From: Candidatus Aminicenantes bacterium
Lineage (GTDB): Bacteria; Acidobacteriota; Aminicenantia; Aminicenantales; UBA4085
DNA length: 57,496 bases
NCBI GenBank assembly: GCA_030691735.1
Contig: JAUYDS010000122.1
Span: forward strand, 1 to 57,496
Reading direction: 5' to 3'
Shown here piece after piece: positions 38,772-47,641 of the stretch. The translations under genes were made by a program, and so were the position numbers. The notes under the pieces are model-generated. The model worked only from the letters and a program-made list of their open reading frames with translations. It searched no databases and had not been told where the DNA came from. The number at the start of each line of letters is the position of its first letter. The first letter of the stretch is position 1.

Positions 38772-40138
38772 TGAAGGTCTGGGAGCGAAGGTTCAAAGGC
38801 CGCCGGGAGGATCCCCGGCTGGAAGCGTTCAATGCCTCCATACGCGAGGACGCCTTCCTGGCCAGCGCGGAGATCGCATCCTCGAAGGCTTATGCCAAGG
38901 CGTTGCGGCGGGCGAAGGTCCTAACGGCTGAGGAACTGTCGAAGATCACCTCGGGCTTGGCGAAGGTCATCAAGCGGATCGAGGCCGGCGCAGACCTCGG
39001 GTCCTTCGAAGACATCCACTCCGCCGTAGAGCTCATGCTGATCGAGGAGATCGGCGAAACGGGGAAGAAGCTCCATACGGGCCGAAGCCGGAACGAACAG
39101 GTCGTCACCGATGAACGGCTCTTTCTGAAGAGGGAGATTCCCCGCCTGCTCGAGTCATTGAGGGCATGTCAGCGCGCCGTGATCCGTCTCGCTGAGGAGT
39201 ACCCCGATATCATCATGCCGGGATATACGCACCTTCAACAGGCGCAGTATGTCCTCTTCTCTCATTACATCATGTCGATCTTCTGGCCGCTCGAAAGGGC
39301 CAAGAGCCGGCTCCGGGACTCTTTCCAGAGGATCGACGTTCTGCCGCTCGGAACGGGCGCGCTGGCCGGCACGACGGCTCCCCTGGACCGGAAATTTCTG
39401 GCTGAGATCCTGGGCTTCGCCGCCATCTCGGAAAACTCCATGGACGCCGTCGCTGACCGGAGCTTCATCCTGGAGACGCTCTCGGCGCTGTCGCTATTGC
39501 TGCTCGACCTGAGCCGCTTCGCCGAGGACTTCGTCATCTTCGCCAGCCGCGAGTTCGGCTTCCTCGTCCTAGACGAGGCCATCGCCACATCGAGCAGTTT
39601 GATGCCGCAAAAAAAGAACCCGGATTTCTTCGAACTCATTCGGGCCGGCGCGGGTCATTTGTTCGGGCACTTCAGCCGTCTGTTCATCACGGTCAAGGGC
39701 TTGCCGTCGACTTACAATAAGGACCTTCAGGAAGATAAGGTCCCTCTGCGGGAGGGCTTGGAGGATACGGCCCGCATCCTCGAGGTCTTCCGGATCACGC
39801 TGAACAAGATCCGGCCGAATCGAAAGGAAATCGAGAGGAAAGCGGAGCCTTTCCTCGTCGCCACCGATCTGGCCGATTACTTGGCCGGAAAAGGCGTTCC
39901 ATTCCGGGAAGCCCACGGAGTCGTCGGGGAGATCGTCGGCTACGCGGAAAAGAAAAGGAAAGCCCTGAACGCGCTGACGCTGCGGGAATTCCGCGCTTTC
40001 CATCCTCTGATCGGGGATGATGTTCGGGCAATCTTCGACCCGGCCCGGTCGATCAGGCTCAAAAAGACGAGCGGATCGACCCACCCCGACCGGGTGAAGG
40101 ACCAGATCAGGAAAGCCAAGACCCTCTGCCTGAAATAA
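38771..40138 (+). CDS. argH: Argininosuccinate lyase
   Basis: LHTGRSRN, MPGYTHLQ, SSLMPQKKNPD, YNKDLQEDK. Confidence 0.96.
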   Translation: MKVWERRFKGRREDPRLEAFNASIREDAFLASAEIASSKAYAKALRRAKVLTAEELSKITSGLAKVIKRIEAGADLGSFEDIHSAVELMLIEEIGETGKKLHTGRSRNEQVVTDERLFLKREIPRLLESLRACQRAVIRLAEEYPDIIMPGYTHLQQAQYVLFSHYIMSIFWPLERAKSRLRDSFQRIDVLPLGTGALAGTTAPLDRKFLAEILGFAAISENSMDAVADRSFILETLSALSLLLLDLSRFAEDFVIFASREFGFLVLDEAIATSSSLMPQKKNPDFFELIRAGAGHLFGHFSRLFITVKGLPSTYNKDLQEDKVPLREGLEDTARILEVFRITLNKIRPNRKEIERKAEPFLVATDLADYLAGKGVPFREAHGVVGEIVGYAEKKRKALNALTLREFRAFHPLIGDDVRAIFDPARSIRLKKTSGSTHPDRVKDQIRKAKTLCLK

Positions 40139-40189
40139 ACGAAGGTCCCCGCGACAAGCACGGGAAGACAAATAAGGCTTCCCCGCGGT

Positions 40190-41626
40190 TCAATAATTCC
40201 TGTTGAACCGCCGGAGGATCTCCTCCGCCCCGACCTGCGGGTCGAGCCACGTCGCGTCCGGGATCTGGAACCAACGGGCGTTCAGCCTCCGACGTGCAAC
40301 GCGATGGATGTTTAAAAGGTGGCTTGTCGTGATGTTGTCGGTGAAGATGTTCCCGGCCTGGGTCCCGCAGCTCAGGGTCAATGACGGCGTCAGCGTGTTG
40401 AAAGTCCCCCCGATCGCGCCCTGGGTCGCCGGCGTGTTGATGCAGATCCGCCCCGCCGATAGATGTTCGATGAATTTCTTGATCACCTTCTCGTCGTTGG
40501 CGAAGAGGCTGACCGTGTGGCCCCGGCCGCCCAGGGCATTGAGCTTGACGCAGATCTCGAGAGCCTTACGCACGGTGGGGACCTCGTAATAGGTCAGGAT
40601 CGTCGTTAGGATCTCATGGGACAGCGGATAATCCGGTCCCACCCCCTCGCACGGCGCAAGGAGCAGCTTCGTCCCGGCCGGGACGCGGAAGCCCGCCCGT
40701 TTCGCCACGAACGCCGCCGGTTTGCCGACGATATCCGCCTTCATGAGGTGGTTGGTGGAATCGAAGGCGATCGCCCCCAATTTTTCGGCCTGGGCCGGCG
40801 AACAGAAATAGCATCCCCGCTCCTCGAGGAGCGGCTTGAGCCGCCGGGCCACGTTCCGCTCTACGACCAGCGCTTGTTCCGAAGCGCAGACCGTCCCGTT
40901 ATCGAAGGTCTTGGACAGGACGATCGAATCGGCGGCCAAGGCGAGATCGGCCGAGGCGTCCACGAATGCCGGCACGTTCCCCGGCCCGATCCCGATCACG
41001 GGCTTGCCGGAGCCGTAGGCCTCCTTGACGATCTGGCGCGTACCGGTGGCGATGATGAGCGACAGGTCGCGGTGGCGCATGATGTGCCACAGGTAATCCG
41101 GGTGCTTTTTGGTGAGCCATTGCAGGCAATGTTCCGGCGCGCCGGCCTTGAGCGCGGCTTTATAGAGGACCTCCGCGGCGCCGAGCGAGCACTTCCGAGA
41201 CGACCCGTGGGGACTGAAGATCAGGGGATTGCGCGTCTTCATGGCGATAAGGGTCTTGAAGATCGTCGTCGAGGTCGGGTTGGTCAAGGGGGTCATGGCC
41301 AGGATGGGCCCGTGGGGCTGGGCGATCTCGGCGATCCCCCGGACCGGGTCCTCGGAGATGATCCCGACCGTCTTTTGGTTTTTAATGTTCTCGTAGACGA
41401 GAAGGCTGGCCCAGACGTTCTTGATGACCTTGTGTTCGAGGCGGCCTGTCCCCGTCTCTTCGAAGGCCTGCCGGGCGAACTCGATCCGGTTATCGTAGCC
41501 GGCCTTGAAGACGGCGTGAACGATCCGGTCCACGGCCTCCTGGTCGAAGCCCTTGAAGGCGTTGGCCGCGGACATGGACCGAGCCAATAGTTCGTTGGCG
41601 TAATCCTGGTAAGCCGACGTCGTCAT
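40190..41626 (-). CDS. CoA-acylating aldehyde dehydrogenase (stand-alone AdhE-N/SucD/EutE type)
   Basis: TPLTNPTST, IATG, GIGPGNVP, SKTFDNGTVCASEQ, LTLSCG. Confidence 0.88.
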   Translation of the reverse strand: MTTSAYQDYANELLARSMSAANAFKGFDQEAVDRIVHAVFKAGYDNRIEFARQAFEETGTGRLEHKVIKNVWASLLVYENIKNQKTVGIISEDPVRGIAEIAQPHGPILAMTPLTNPTSTTIFKTLIAMKTRNPLIFSPHGSSRKCSLGAAEVLYKAALKAGAPEHCLQWLTKKHPDYLWHIMRHRDLSLIIATGTRQIVKEAYGSGKPVIGIGPGNVPAFVDASADLALAADSIVLSKTFDNGTVCASEQALVVERNVARRLKPLLEERGCYFCSPAQAEKLGAIAFDSTNHLMKADIVGKPAAFVAKRAGFRVPAGTKLLLAPCEGVGPDYPLSHEILTTILTYYEVPTVRKALEICVKLNALGGRGHTVSLFANDEKVIKKFIEHLSAGRICINTPATQGAIGGTFNTLTPSLTLSCGTQAGNIFTDNITTSHLLNIHRVARRRLNARWFQIPDATWLDPQVGAEEILRRFNRNY

Positions 41627-41738
41627 TTCTTTTCTCCTTCTCCGGGACGCGCTTCATAATGATATGGATGAAAGCTGGGTTTCATGCGCCCGGGACCGAT
41701 GGAGAAACGGCGCGTCGGACAACGCTTACAGGATCTTA

Positions 41739-41767
41739 TCTATACCACAGCGGCGCCCGGCTGTAAA
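41739..41767 (-). promoter_or_regulatory. Probable sigma70 promoter for the aldehyde dehydrogenase
   Basis: Minus strand TTTACA-N17-TATAGA with extended -10 TG. Confidence 0.45.
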
Positions 41768-41825
41768 TTGGGTTTTCGACCTGATCTCAAGAAAGAGAGT
41801 CCGCGGCGGGCGGCCGCACCCCGCC

Positions 41826-44534
41826 CTAAACGTCCCCGGGATGAGGCACCGGCAGCCCTTCGGCCGCGCAGACTCGTCTCAGCGCGGACAAGCTCCTAGG
41901 ATCCGCGAAATCATAGAACTCGGCGAACGGCCGGAGGAGCAGGTCCACGACCTCGGCCGTCTGAGGATCGAACGCCTCCGCCACGCACTGCCGGACCTCG
42001 GCCAGATCGACCCGGCTCAACTTGAGGGTCATGAACTCCGCCACGAGCCCCTTGTGGACGCGGAGCGGGCCGAGGCCGCGCGAGAGAATGTAGTCCTTGG
42101 CCCGGTTGATCCGTTTTTCGCCGAGATCGCTCAGGATGTTCAGATATTTCTGATGGAGGACCCATTCGTCGAGGAGATGGGCCACTTCGAGAGCGTTGAA
42201 GCTTTCCCAGAACGCGACCCGGGCGCCCGGCTTGATCAGGCTGCCGATGACAAAGGCGCCCGCCTGATAACCGGAGAGTCCTTTCTTAAGGCAGATGGCC
42301 AGGGCCGAGCGGAGAAGCATGACCTGGCGCTCGGGCGTGAGCAGTTCGTAAGCCGCGAGGTTGATCAAGTGAGTGCCGAGCGTGGCGTCCAGCAGGCGCC
42401 TGACGAGCGTCTCCCGGTTAATGTCGAAGCATTTGTTGACGAAGGCCGCCCGCTGGGGATCCGCGCTCATCCGGCCGAAGCGGACCGAGTGGCCCAGGTC
42501 TTGAAGGCTGTCGAATTCGGACGCGGCCACATTTTCCAGGATCCTTCGATATTCGCGATAATAGGCCGCCAAGCTCTCGAACCGCTTCCGCTCCGTGGGG
42601 GACAGATCGACCTTCTCCCCGGCCATGAAGCGGAGCAGGCGGGCCGGCGCGTAGACCGCTTTGCCGATGTAGAGGATCTTGTTCCGGCTCGAGATCGTGA
42701 TCCAATCCCCTTCGCACAGGGTTAAGCCGTCGCGATTGATGAGCAAGTGCTGGTCGTGGTCGATCCGGACGCCATCTCCTTCGAGGTTCAGCAAGGCCGG
42801 GATCCCCAAGTTCTGAGCGGCCGTCACCACGTGGATGGCGGCCGGGCTCAAACTACAGATCCCGTTGACTTTCTGCATCTCGACCGCGTCCGTCGGATTG
42901 AACCGTTCCTTGGTCAGGATGACATGCTCGCCGCTGCGTTCCTCGCGCGCGCGGCGGGCCCGGACGCCGGAAAAATAGAGCCGGCCCGTGACGGCCGATC
43001 GCGGCAGCACCGACAAGCCTTGGCAAAACGGGGTGAGCACGTGGAGCGATTTCGCGTCGATGGCGTCGGATTCGATCTGACGGATGTGGTAGGGCTTGAT
43101 CAGCTCCCGGACCCGATCGGAACTGATCTTGTTGGCCCGATGCATGTCCATGACGGACGTCACCATGCCCGCTCCGGACAGTTCGGCCGGGTTGACCTGG
43201 AGAACCGTGAACGTGCCGTGGACGCCGGTGAATTCGACCATGACCGGACCGCGGAAGATTTCCTCGAGCTGGGCCAGCCGGTCCCAGAAATGGAAGACGG
43301 CCGGGAAATCGCGCCGCGTTTCTTCGCGGCTCAGGAAATGCCGCTCTTCCGGCCGGAGCCGGCCGGTCATCAGGTCCTCGCCGAAGACGGCTCGGGCGAA
43401 CTGGAGGAAGACGCCGGTCCCCAAACGGGGATGACGGCTGTAAAGGACGCCGGCGTAGGACGACCTGTCGATGACGCTGCAGACCATTCTCTGGAAGATC
43501 ACGGCGGGGTAATGGGTCTCGCGGACCATGAAATTGCGGAGGGCGTCCATATGGCCGTCGTAATATTCATACGTTTTTATCAGAAAGAAGAGGATCTGGG
43601 CGAAGGCGCTGGACAGCAGGCCTGGATCGCGCTTCTCGATGGCGGCTTCGATCCGAAGGGCCAGATCGAGATTCTGGGTCATGGTCAGGTCGGGCCGGAT
43701 CTCCTTTTCGAACGGCCGGAACGCATCCGGGTCCAATGTTTCGAGGATGGTCTTCCGGTTGTTCAAACGGATCTTGACCGCGCCCGATTTTCCATAGCGG
43801 CGCGGAAGCCCCGGGAACATGGCCGGCGTCAGTCCGACGTTCAGATACGTCGGCATGAACCCGGGAATGTATTCCGGCATGGCTGAGCGCATGGCGATGA
43901 GGAGAGGATTGTCGGGATCCTCGAGCTTCCGGCCGCTGAGGGTTTCCAGATTGCGGATGGCGGCCTGAACCCGTTTTTCCCTGGCCGTCGGAGCGAGTTT
44001 ATAAGCGCCGGCCGAGAGGAGATTGAAATCCGCGGTGGTGAAGCCGCGGCGGGAGAGATTCAAGAGGATGGACCCCTTGTTGCTGATCTGGGCTTCGCTG
44101 AATTCCCCGGCCGTCGTGTAGGGAACGACATACTCGTTCTCGATCAGCGTCTTGCCCGAGAACCGCGGCCACATACCCTGGTGGACTTCCAGGGTCCGGC
44201 GGGCCAGCTCCCGGCGTGCGGATGATATCCCCTGACGGGCCTTGAGGATCAGGTCCAGATGTTCGATCGCCGTCGCCTGGGGAACGCGATCGAGATAGCG
44301 GACATCATAATCGCGAACGGCGACCGTCCCGGACGCTCCATCGGACATCCGATAATCGATCTCCGCCGGAAGATATCCCGGCTGGCGCTTGAAGACGCGT
44401 CCCGCGACGCGATGCTCGAGGTTCGTGGCGATCAGCCGGGCGCTGGTGTATTCCGAACGGACCTGGGTGACCCTTAAAAGGGAGCGGGGCGCGACCGAGG
44501 CCTTTCCCGGCCGCTTTCGTTTCGCGACGCTCAT
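41826..44534 (-). CDS. Pyruvate phosphate dikinase-like protein (ATP-grasp and His-swivel domains, non-canonical C-terminus), 902 aa
   Basis: SNKG, NPLLIAMRS..PGFMPTYLNVGL, QRMV, GEDLMTG, VEFT..LQ, AIHVVTAAQNLGIP, EGDWITI follow PPDK motif order; start trimmed from the 1640-aa ORF whose 5' part is antisense to the TonB receptor. Confidence 0.8.
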   Translation of the reverse strand: MSVAKRKRPGKASVAPRSLLRVTQVRSEYTSARLIATNLEHRVAGRVFKRQPGYLPAEIDYRMSDGASGTVAVRDYDVRYLDRVPQATAIEHLDLILKARQGISSARRELARRTLEVHQGMWPRFSGKTLIENEYVVPYTTAGEFSEAQISNKGSILLNLSRRGFTTADFNLLSAGAYKLAPTAREKRVQAAIRNLETLSGRKLEDPDNPLLIAMRSAMPEYIPGFMPTYLNVGLTPAMFPGLPRRYGKSGAVKIRLNNRKTILETLDPDAFRPFEKEIRPDLTMTQNLDLALRIEAAIEKRDPGLLSSAFAQILFFLIKTYEYYDGHMDALRNFMVRETHYPAVIFQRMVCSVIDRSSYAGVLYSRHPRLGTGVFLQFARAVFGEDLMTGRLRPEERHFLSREETRRDFPAVFHFWDRLAQLEEIFRGPVMVEFTGVHGTFTVLQVNPAELSGAGMVTSVMDMHRANKISSDRVRELIKPYHIRQIESDAIDAKSLHVLTPFCQGLSVLPRSAVTGRLYFSGVRARRAREERSGEHVILTKERFNPTDAVEMQKVNGICSLSPAAIHVVTAAQNLGIPALLNLEGDGVRIDHDQHLLINRDGLTLCEGDWITISSRNKILYIGKAVYAPARLLRFMAGEKVDLSPTERKRFESLAAYYREYRRILENVAASEFDSLQDLGHSVRFGRMSADPQRAAFVNKCFDINRETLVRRLLDATLGTHLINLAAYELLTPERQVMLLRSALAICLKKGLSGYQAGAFVIGSLIKPGARVAFWESFNALEVAHLLDEWVLHQKYLNILSDLGEKRINRAKDYILSRGLGPLRVHKGLVAEFMTLKLSRVDLAEVRQCVAEAFDPQTAEVVDLLLRPFAEFYDFADPRSLSALRRVCAAEGLPVPHPGDV

Positions 44535-44681
44535 TCGGCGGCCAGAGCGGCCGCGCTCCATCCCACGGTCCTGACGAATTCCCTGCGTTTCATCGCCCGT
44601 CCTCCCTGCCCGTAAGATATTCAAACTTATCTTTAAAGTAAAGCGGGGCGGTGCTAAAATGAGGGCCAAAGGACATTTGCC

Positions 44682-47525
44682 ATGAACCGACATCAAAGAA
44701 GTCAATCCCGGCGCCGGCTCATCTTGGCCGGCATCGGCATCTGCGTCATCGCCCTGGAATTGGCCTTCGCCATAGAGACGGGCGAGATCAAAGGGAAGGT
44801 CAAAGACGAGAACGGCGCGGGCCTGCCCGGGGTCGAGATCACGGCCGCCGGCCCCTCGCTCCAAGGCCTGCGCACGATCCTCTCCTCGAAGGACGGCGAC
44901 TTTCATGTTTCGCTCCTGCCGGTCGGGAAATACACGCTGACTTTCAAGCTCCAGGGATTCAACAGGGTCAAGCAGGAGAACGTCGTCGTCCGCCTGGGCA
45001 TGACGACCGGCCTGGCCGTTATTATGCCGCTGGCCTCCCTCCAAAAAGAGATCGTGGTCACGGCCGAAGCCCCGCTCATCGATAAAACCTCGACGGACAC
45101 GTCCTATCGCCTCAGCGCTGCGGACCTGGCCAAGGTCCCGGCCATGAACCGGACAGTCGTCGATGCCGTCAAGTTCGCCCCGGGCGTCACCGGCGTCCGG
45201 ATGAACACCCGCCGCGGCACGGCGTCCGAAGGCCAGCCGAGCTTCCGGGGCGAGGGCGAAGAGGGCAACACCTGGATCGTGGACGGGCTGGCTATCAGCG
45301 GCGTTCGCCTCAAGGACTCCGGAGTGAGGCTGAACTACGATTCGCTCGACGAGATCCAGGTCATCTCCGACCCGTTCAGCCCGGAGTTCGGCTCGGCCTT
45401 CGGCGGCATCATCAACATGGTCACCAAAAGCGGCTCGAACGAGTTCCGGGGCGAGGCGAGCCTCGTCTTCATGAACAAGAACCTCCAGGCGAGCCGGCAG
45501 TCCCAGCTTTCGGTCTTGAGCGAGCCGGAATATTTTTCCAACGGCAACTGGTATCTCGACCTGGGCGGCCCCATCCTCAAGGACAAGCTCTGGTTCTTCC
45601 TGTCCGAGAACTATTACACGAACACCGAGCAGACCCGGGACGGCACCCTGGACTATCTCTCCATCCCGGGCGGGCAGAAGACGACCGGCCGCAACAACGT
45701 CTTCGCCAAGCTCACCTACGCGATTAATCCCAATCACAACCTCTCGCTGACCGCGATCTACGACAAGTCCTTCCCGCAAAAAGGCGGCACGGGCCTGCCC
45801 GAGATGAACGAGGAGAACGCCGCCAAAGACCTGATCGTCCGGATGAACTATAAGGGGATCCTGAACGCGACGACGTTCATCGAGGCCGGGCTCGGCCTCG
45901 TCCAGCGGAAATCGTTCAAACATCCCGTCTCCGACGACCTGGGCCCGGCCCAGTATTTCATCAACGACCTGGCCCAAAACATCCACAGCTCCTACGGCAA
46001 CGTCGCCGACAACGAGAAGCGTCTGGACCTCAGCTTCAAGTTCAACAAGTATCTCGAGACCGAGACGTTCGGCCATCACGAGATCGGCCTCGGACTCGAG
46101 TATTACGACTTGTCCTCCGACTTCCGTTCGGAGTTCAGCGGGCGGGACGAGGACCCCTTTCCGGGGAACGGCTACGACAACGGGACAAAATATTTCTTCG
46201 ACACCTGGAAGAACGGCGCGGGGACCCCGACCACGTTCCGCGAATACGGCGTCTTCAACTTCAAGAATTCGGCGCGGGGCATCGGGATCTACCTCAAGGA
46301 CAAGGTCTCGTGGGACCGCATCACCCTCATGGCCGGCATCCGCAGTCAGACCCAGCTCTGCCTGGACGGGCAGGGCCAAAAGATCTGGGCTTGGGACCTC
46401 GCCGACTTTTTTTCCCCCCGGCTGTCCTTGATCGCCGACCTGACCAAGGACGGCGCGAACATCCTGAAGCTCGCCTGGGGCCGCTTTTCGGACCCGATCA
46501 CGACCATGCCCCTCGGCTTTTTCAATCCGGGCGGCAGTCTGACCTATCGCGATTACGTCTGGACCGGGCCGGCCCATCCCTCGGACGCCGAGATCCACGA
46601 CCCGTCGAACTGGATCTATGACTGGGGGCTGCCCATGCAGCGGTTTGCCGTCGGGAGCGGCATCTCGCCCAATTTCCAAAGCCGAATTCTCCTCGAGTTC
46701 GACCGGCGGATCGGCCGGGACTGGGCGGTCAAGGCCCGCTATGTCCATTCCAACGCCGAGAAGCTCCTGGAGGCGTTGATGCTCTTCGATCCGGGTTCAA
46801 CGCTGGGCTACAAGCTCTCCTACGAGAACTTCGAACACAAAAGGCGGTCCTACGACGGTTTCGAGATCGAGCTCAACGGCAAGATCGGCCGGGATTTTTT
46901 CCTGAACGCGTCCTATTCCCACGCGCTGTCTGAGGGGACGAACCCCGGACAAACCGAAACGGGCGGCTGGGGGAAGGAGGAAGGCAGCACGAACTACGTC
47001 GGCCTGTTCGGAAAACATATGTATATCCCGGCCATCCCGGAGCTGGCGGACGTGAAAGCGGAAAACGACCGGATGTTCGGCGGCCTGGGCGGCCGGGGGA
47101 TCGGCGATGAAGGATGGTACGGCAAACTCCCCTACTCGGTCGACCACGACCTCAAAGTCAACGCCATGGTCAACGCGCCGTTCGGCATCCTCTGCTCGGC
47201 GGCGTTCGAATTTATTTCTGGCTATTATTGGGAGAAGCTGGGCTACGTGCCCGGTTTCCTCGACTATTACGCCTTCCCCGAAGGCCGCGGAACGCGCGAG
47301 ACGCCCGCCCACAGTTATGTCGACCTGTCCCTCGAAAAATCGTTCGCGGTGCCGATCAAAGGATTTCTCAAGGACGCCTCGCTCTCGGTGCGCCTGGACG
47401 TCTTTAATCTGCTCAACAGCCAGATCCCGATCTCCTACGTCAAACAGGATGTTTCCTTCTTCGGATCGGTCTGGGGCCGGCAGCAGCCGCGTCAAGCGCG
47501 GATCTCGGCCAAATTGAAGTTTTAA
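44682..47525 (+). CDS. TonB-dependent outer-membrane receptor (Oar-like, N-terminal carboxypeptidase-regulatory-like domain)
   Basis: GEIKGKVKDENGAGLPGV, GGIINMVTKSGSNEFRG, LGGPILKDKLWFF, SPRLS, DVFNLLN, terminal Phe. Confidence 0.92.
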   Translation: MNRHQRSQSRRRLILAGIGICVIALELAFAIETGEIKGKVKDENGAGLPGVEITAAGPSLQGLRTILSSKDGDFHVSLLPVGKYTLTFKLQGFNRVKQENVVVRLGMTTGLAVIMPLASLQKEIVVTAEAPLIDKTSTDTSYRLSAADLAKVPAMNRTVVDAVKFAPGVTGVRMNTRRGTASEGQPSFRGEGEEGNTWIVDGLAISGVRLKDSGVRLNYDSLDEIQVISDPFSPEFGSAFGGIINMVTKSGSNEFRGEASLVFMNKNLQASRQSQLSVLSEPEYFSNGNWYLDLGGPILKDKLWFFLSENYYTNTEQTRDGTLDYLSIPGGQKTTGRNNVFAKLTYAINPNHNLSLTAIYDKSFPQKGGTGLPEMNEENAAKDLIVRMNYKGILNATTFIEAGLGLVQRKSFKHPVSDDLGPAQYFINDLAQNIHSSYGNVADNEKRLDLSFKFNKYLETETFGHHEIGLGLEYYDLSSDFRSEFSGRDEDPFPGNGYDNGTKYFFDTWKNGAGTPTTFREYGVFNFKNSARGIGIYLKDKVSWDRITLMAGIRSQTQLCLDGQGQKIWAWDLADFFSPRLSLIADLTKDGANILKLAWGRFSDPITTMPLGFFNPGGSLTYRDYVWTGPAHPSDAEIHDPSNWIYDWGLPMQRFAVGSGISPNFQSRILLEFDRRIGRDWAVKARYVHSNAEKLLEALMLFDPGSTLGYKLSYENFEHKRRSYDGFEIELNGKIGRDFFLNASYSHALSEGTNPGQTETGGWGKEEGSTNYVGLFGKHMYIPAIPELADVKAENDRMFGGLGGRGIGDEGWYGKLPYSVDHDLKVNAMVNAPFGILCSAAFEFISGYYWEKLGYVPGFLDYYAFPEGRGTRETPAHSYVDLSLEKSFAVPIKGFLKDASLSVRLDVFNLLNSQIPISYVKQDVSFFGSVWGRQQPRQARISAKLKF

Positions 47526-47526
47526 C

Positions 47527-47641
47527 ATAATCCCCCCTCACCCCCCTTTAGGAAAGGGGGGAATTCTTATCCCCCTTTTTTAAAGGGGGATGGAGGGGGA
47601 TTATGCTCCCCCTTTTTTAAAGGGGGGTGAGGGGGGATTAT
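47527..47641. repeat. Composite palindromic element with perfect terminal inverted repeats between convergent genes (REP/MITE-like, possible bidirectional terminator)
   Basis: ATAATCCCCCCTCACCCCCCTTTA ... TAAAGGGGGGTGAGGGGGGATTAT with three internal CCCCCTTT..AAAGGGGG hairpins. Confidence 0.85.

Noticed and set aside
44535-46748. 5' extension making a 1640-aa ORF
   Set aside because: It is antisense to the TonB-dependent receptor and has no recognisable motifs; PPDK-like similarity starts only after the ATG at 44534
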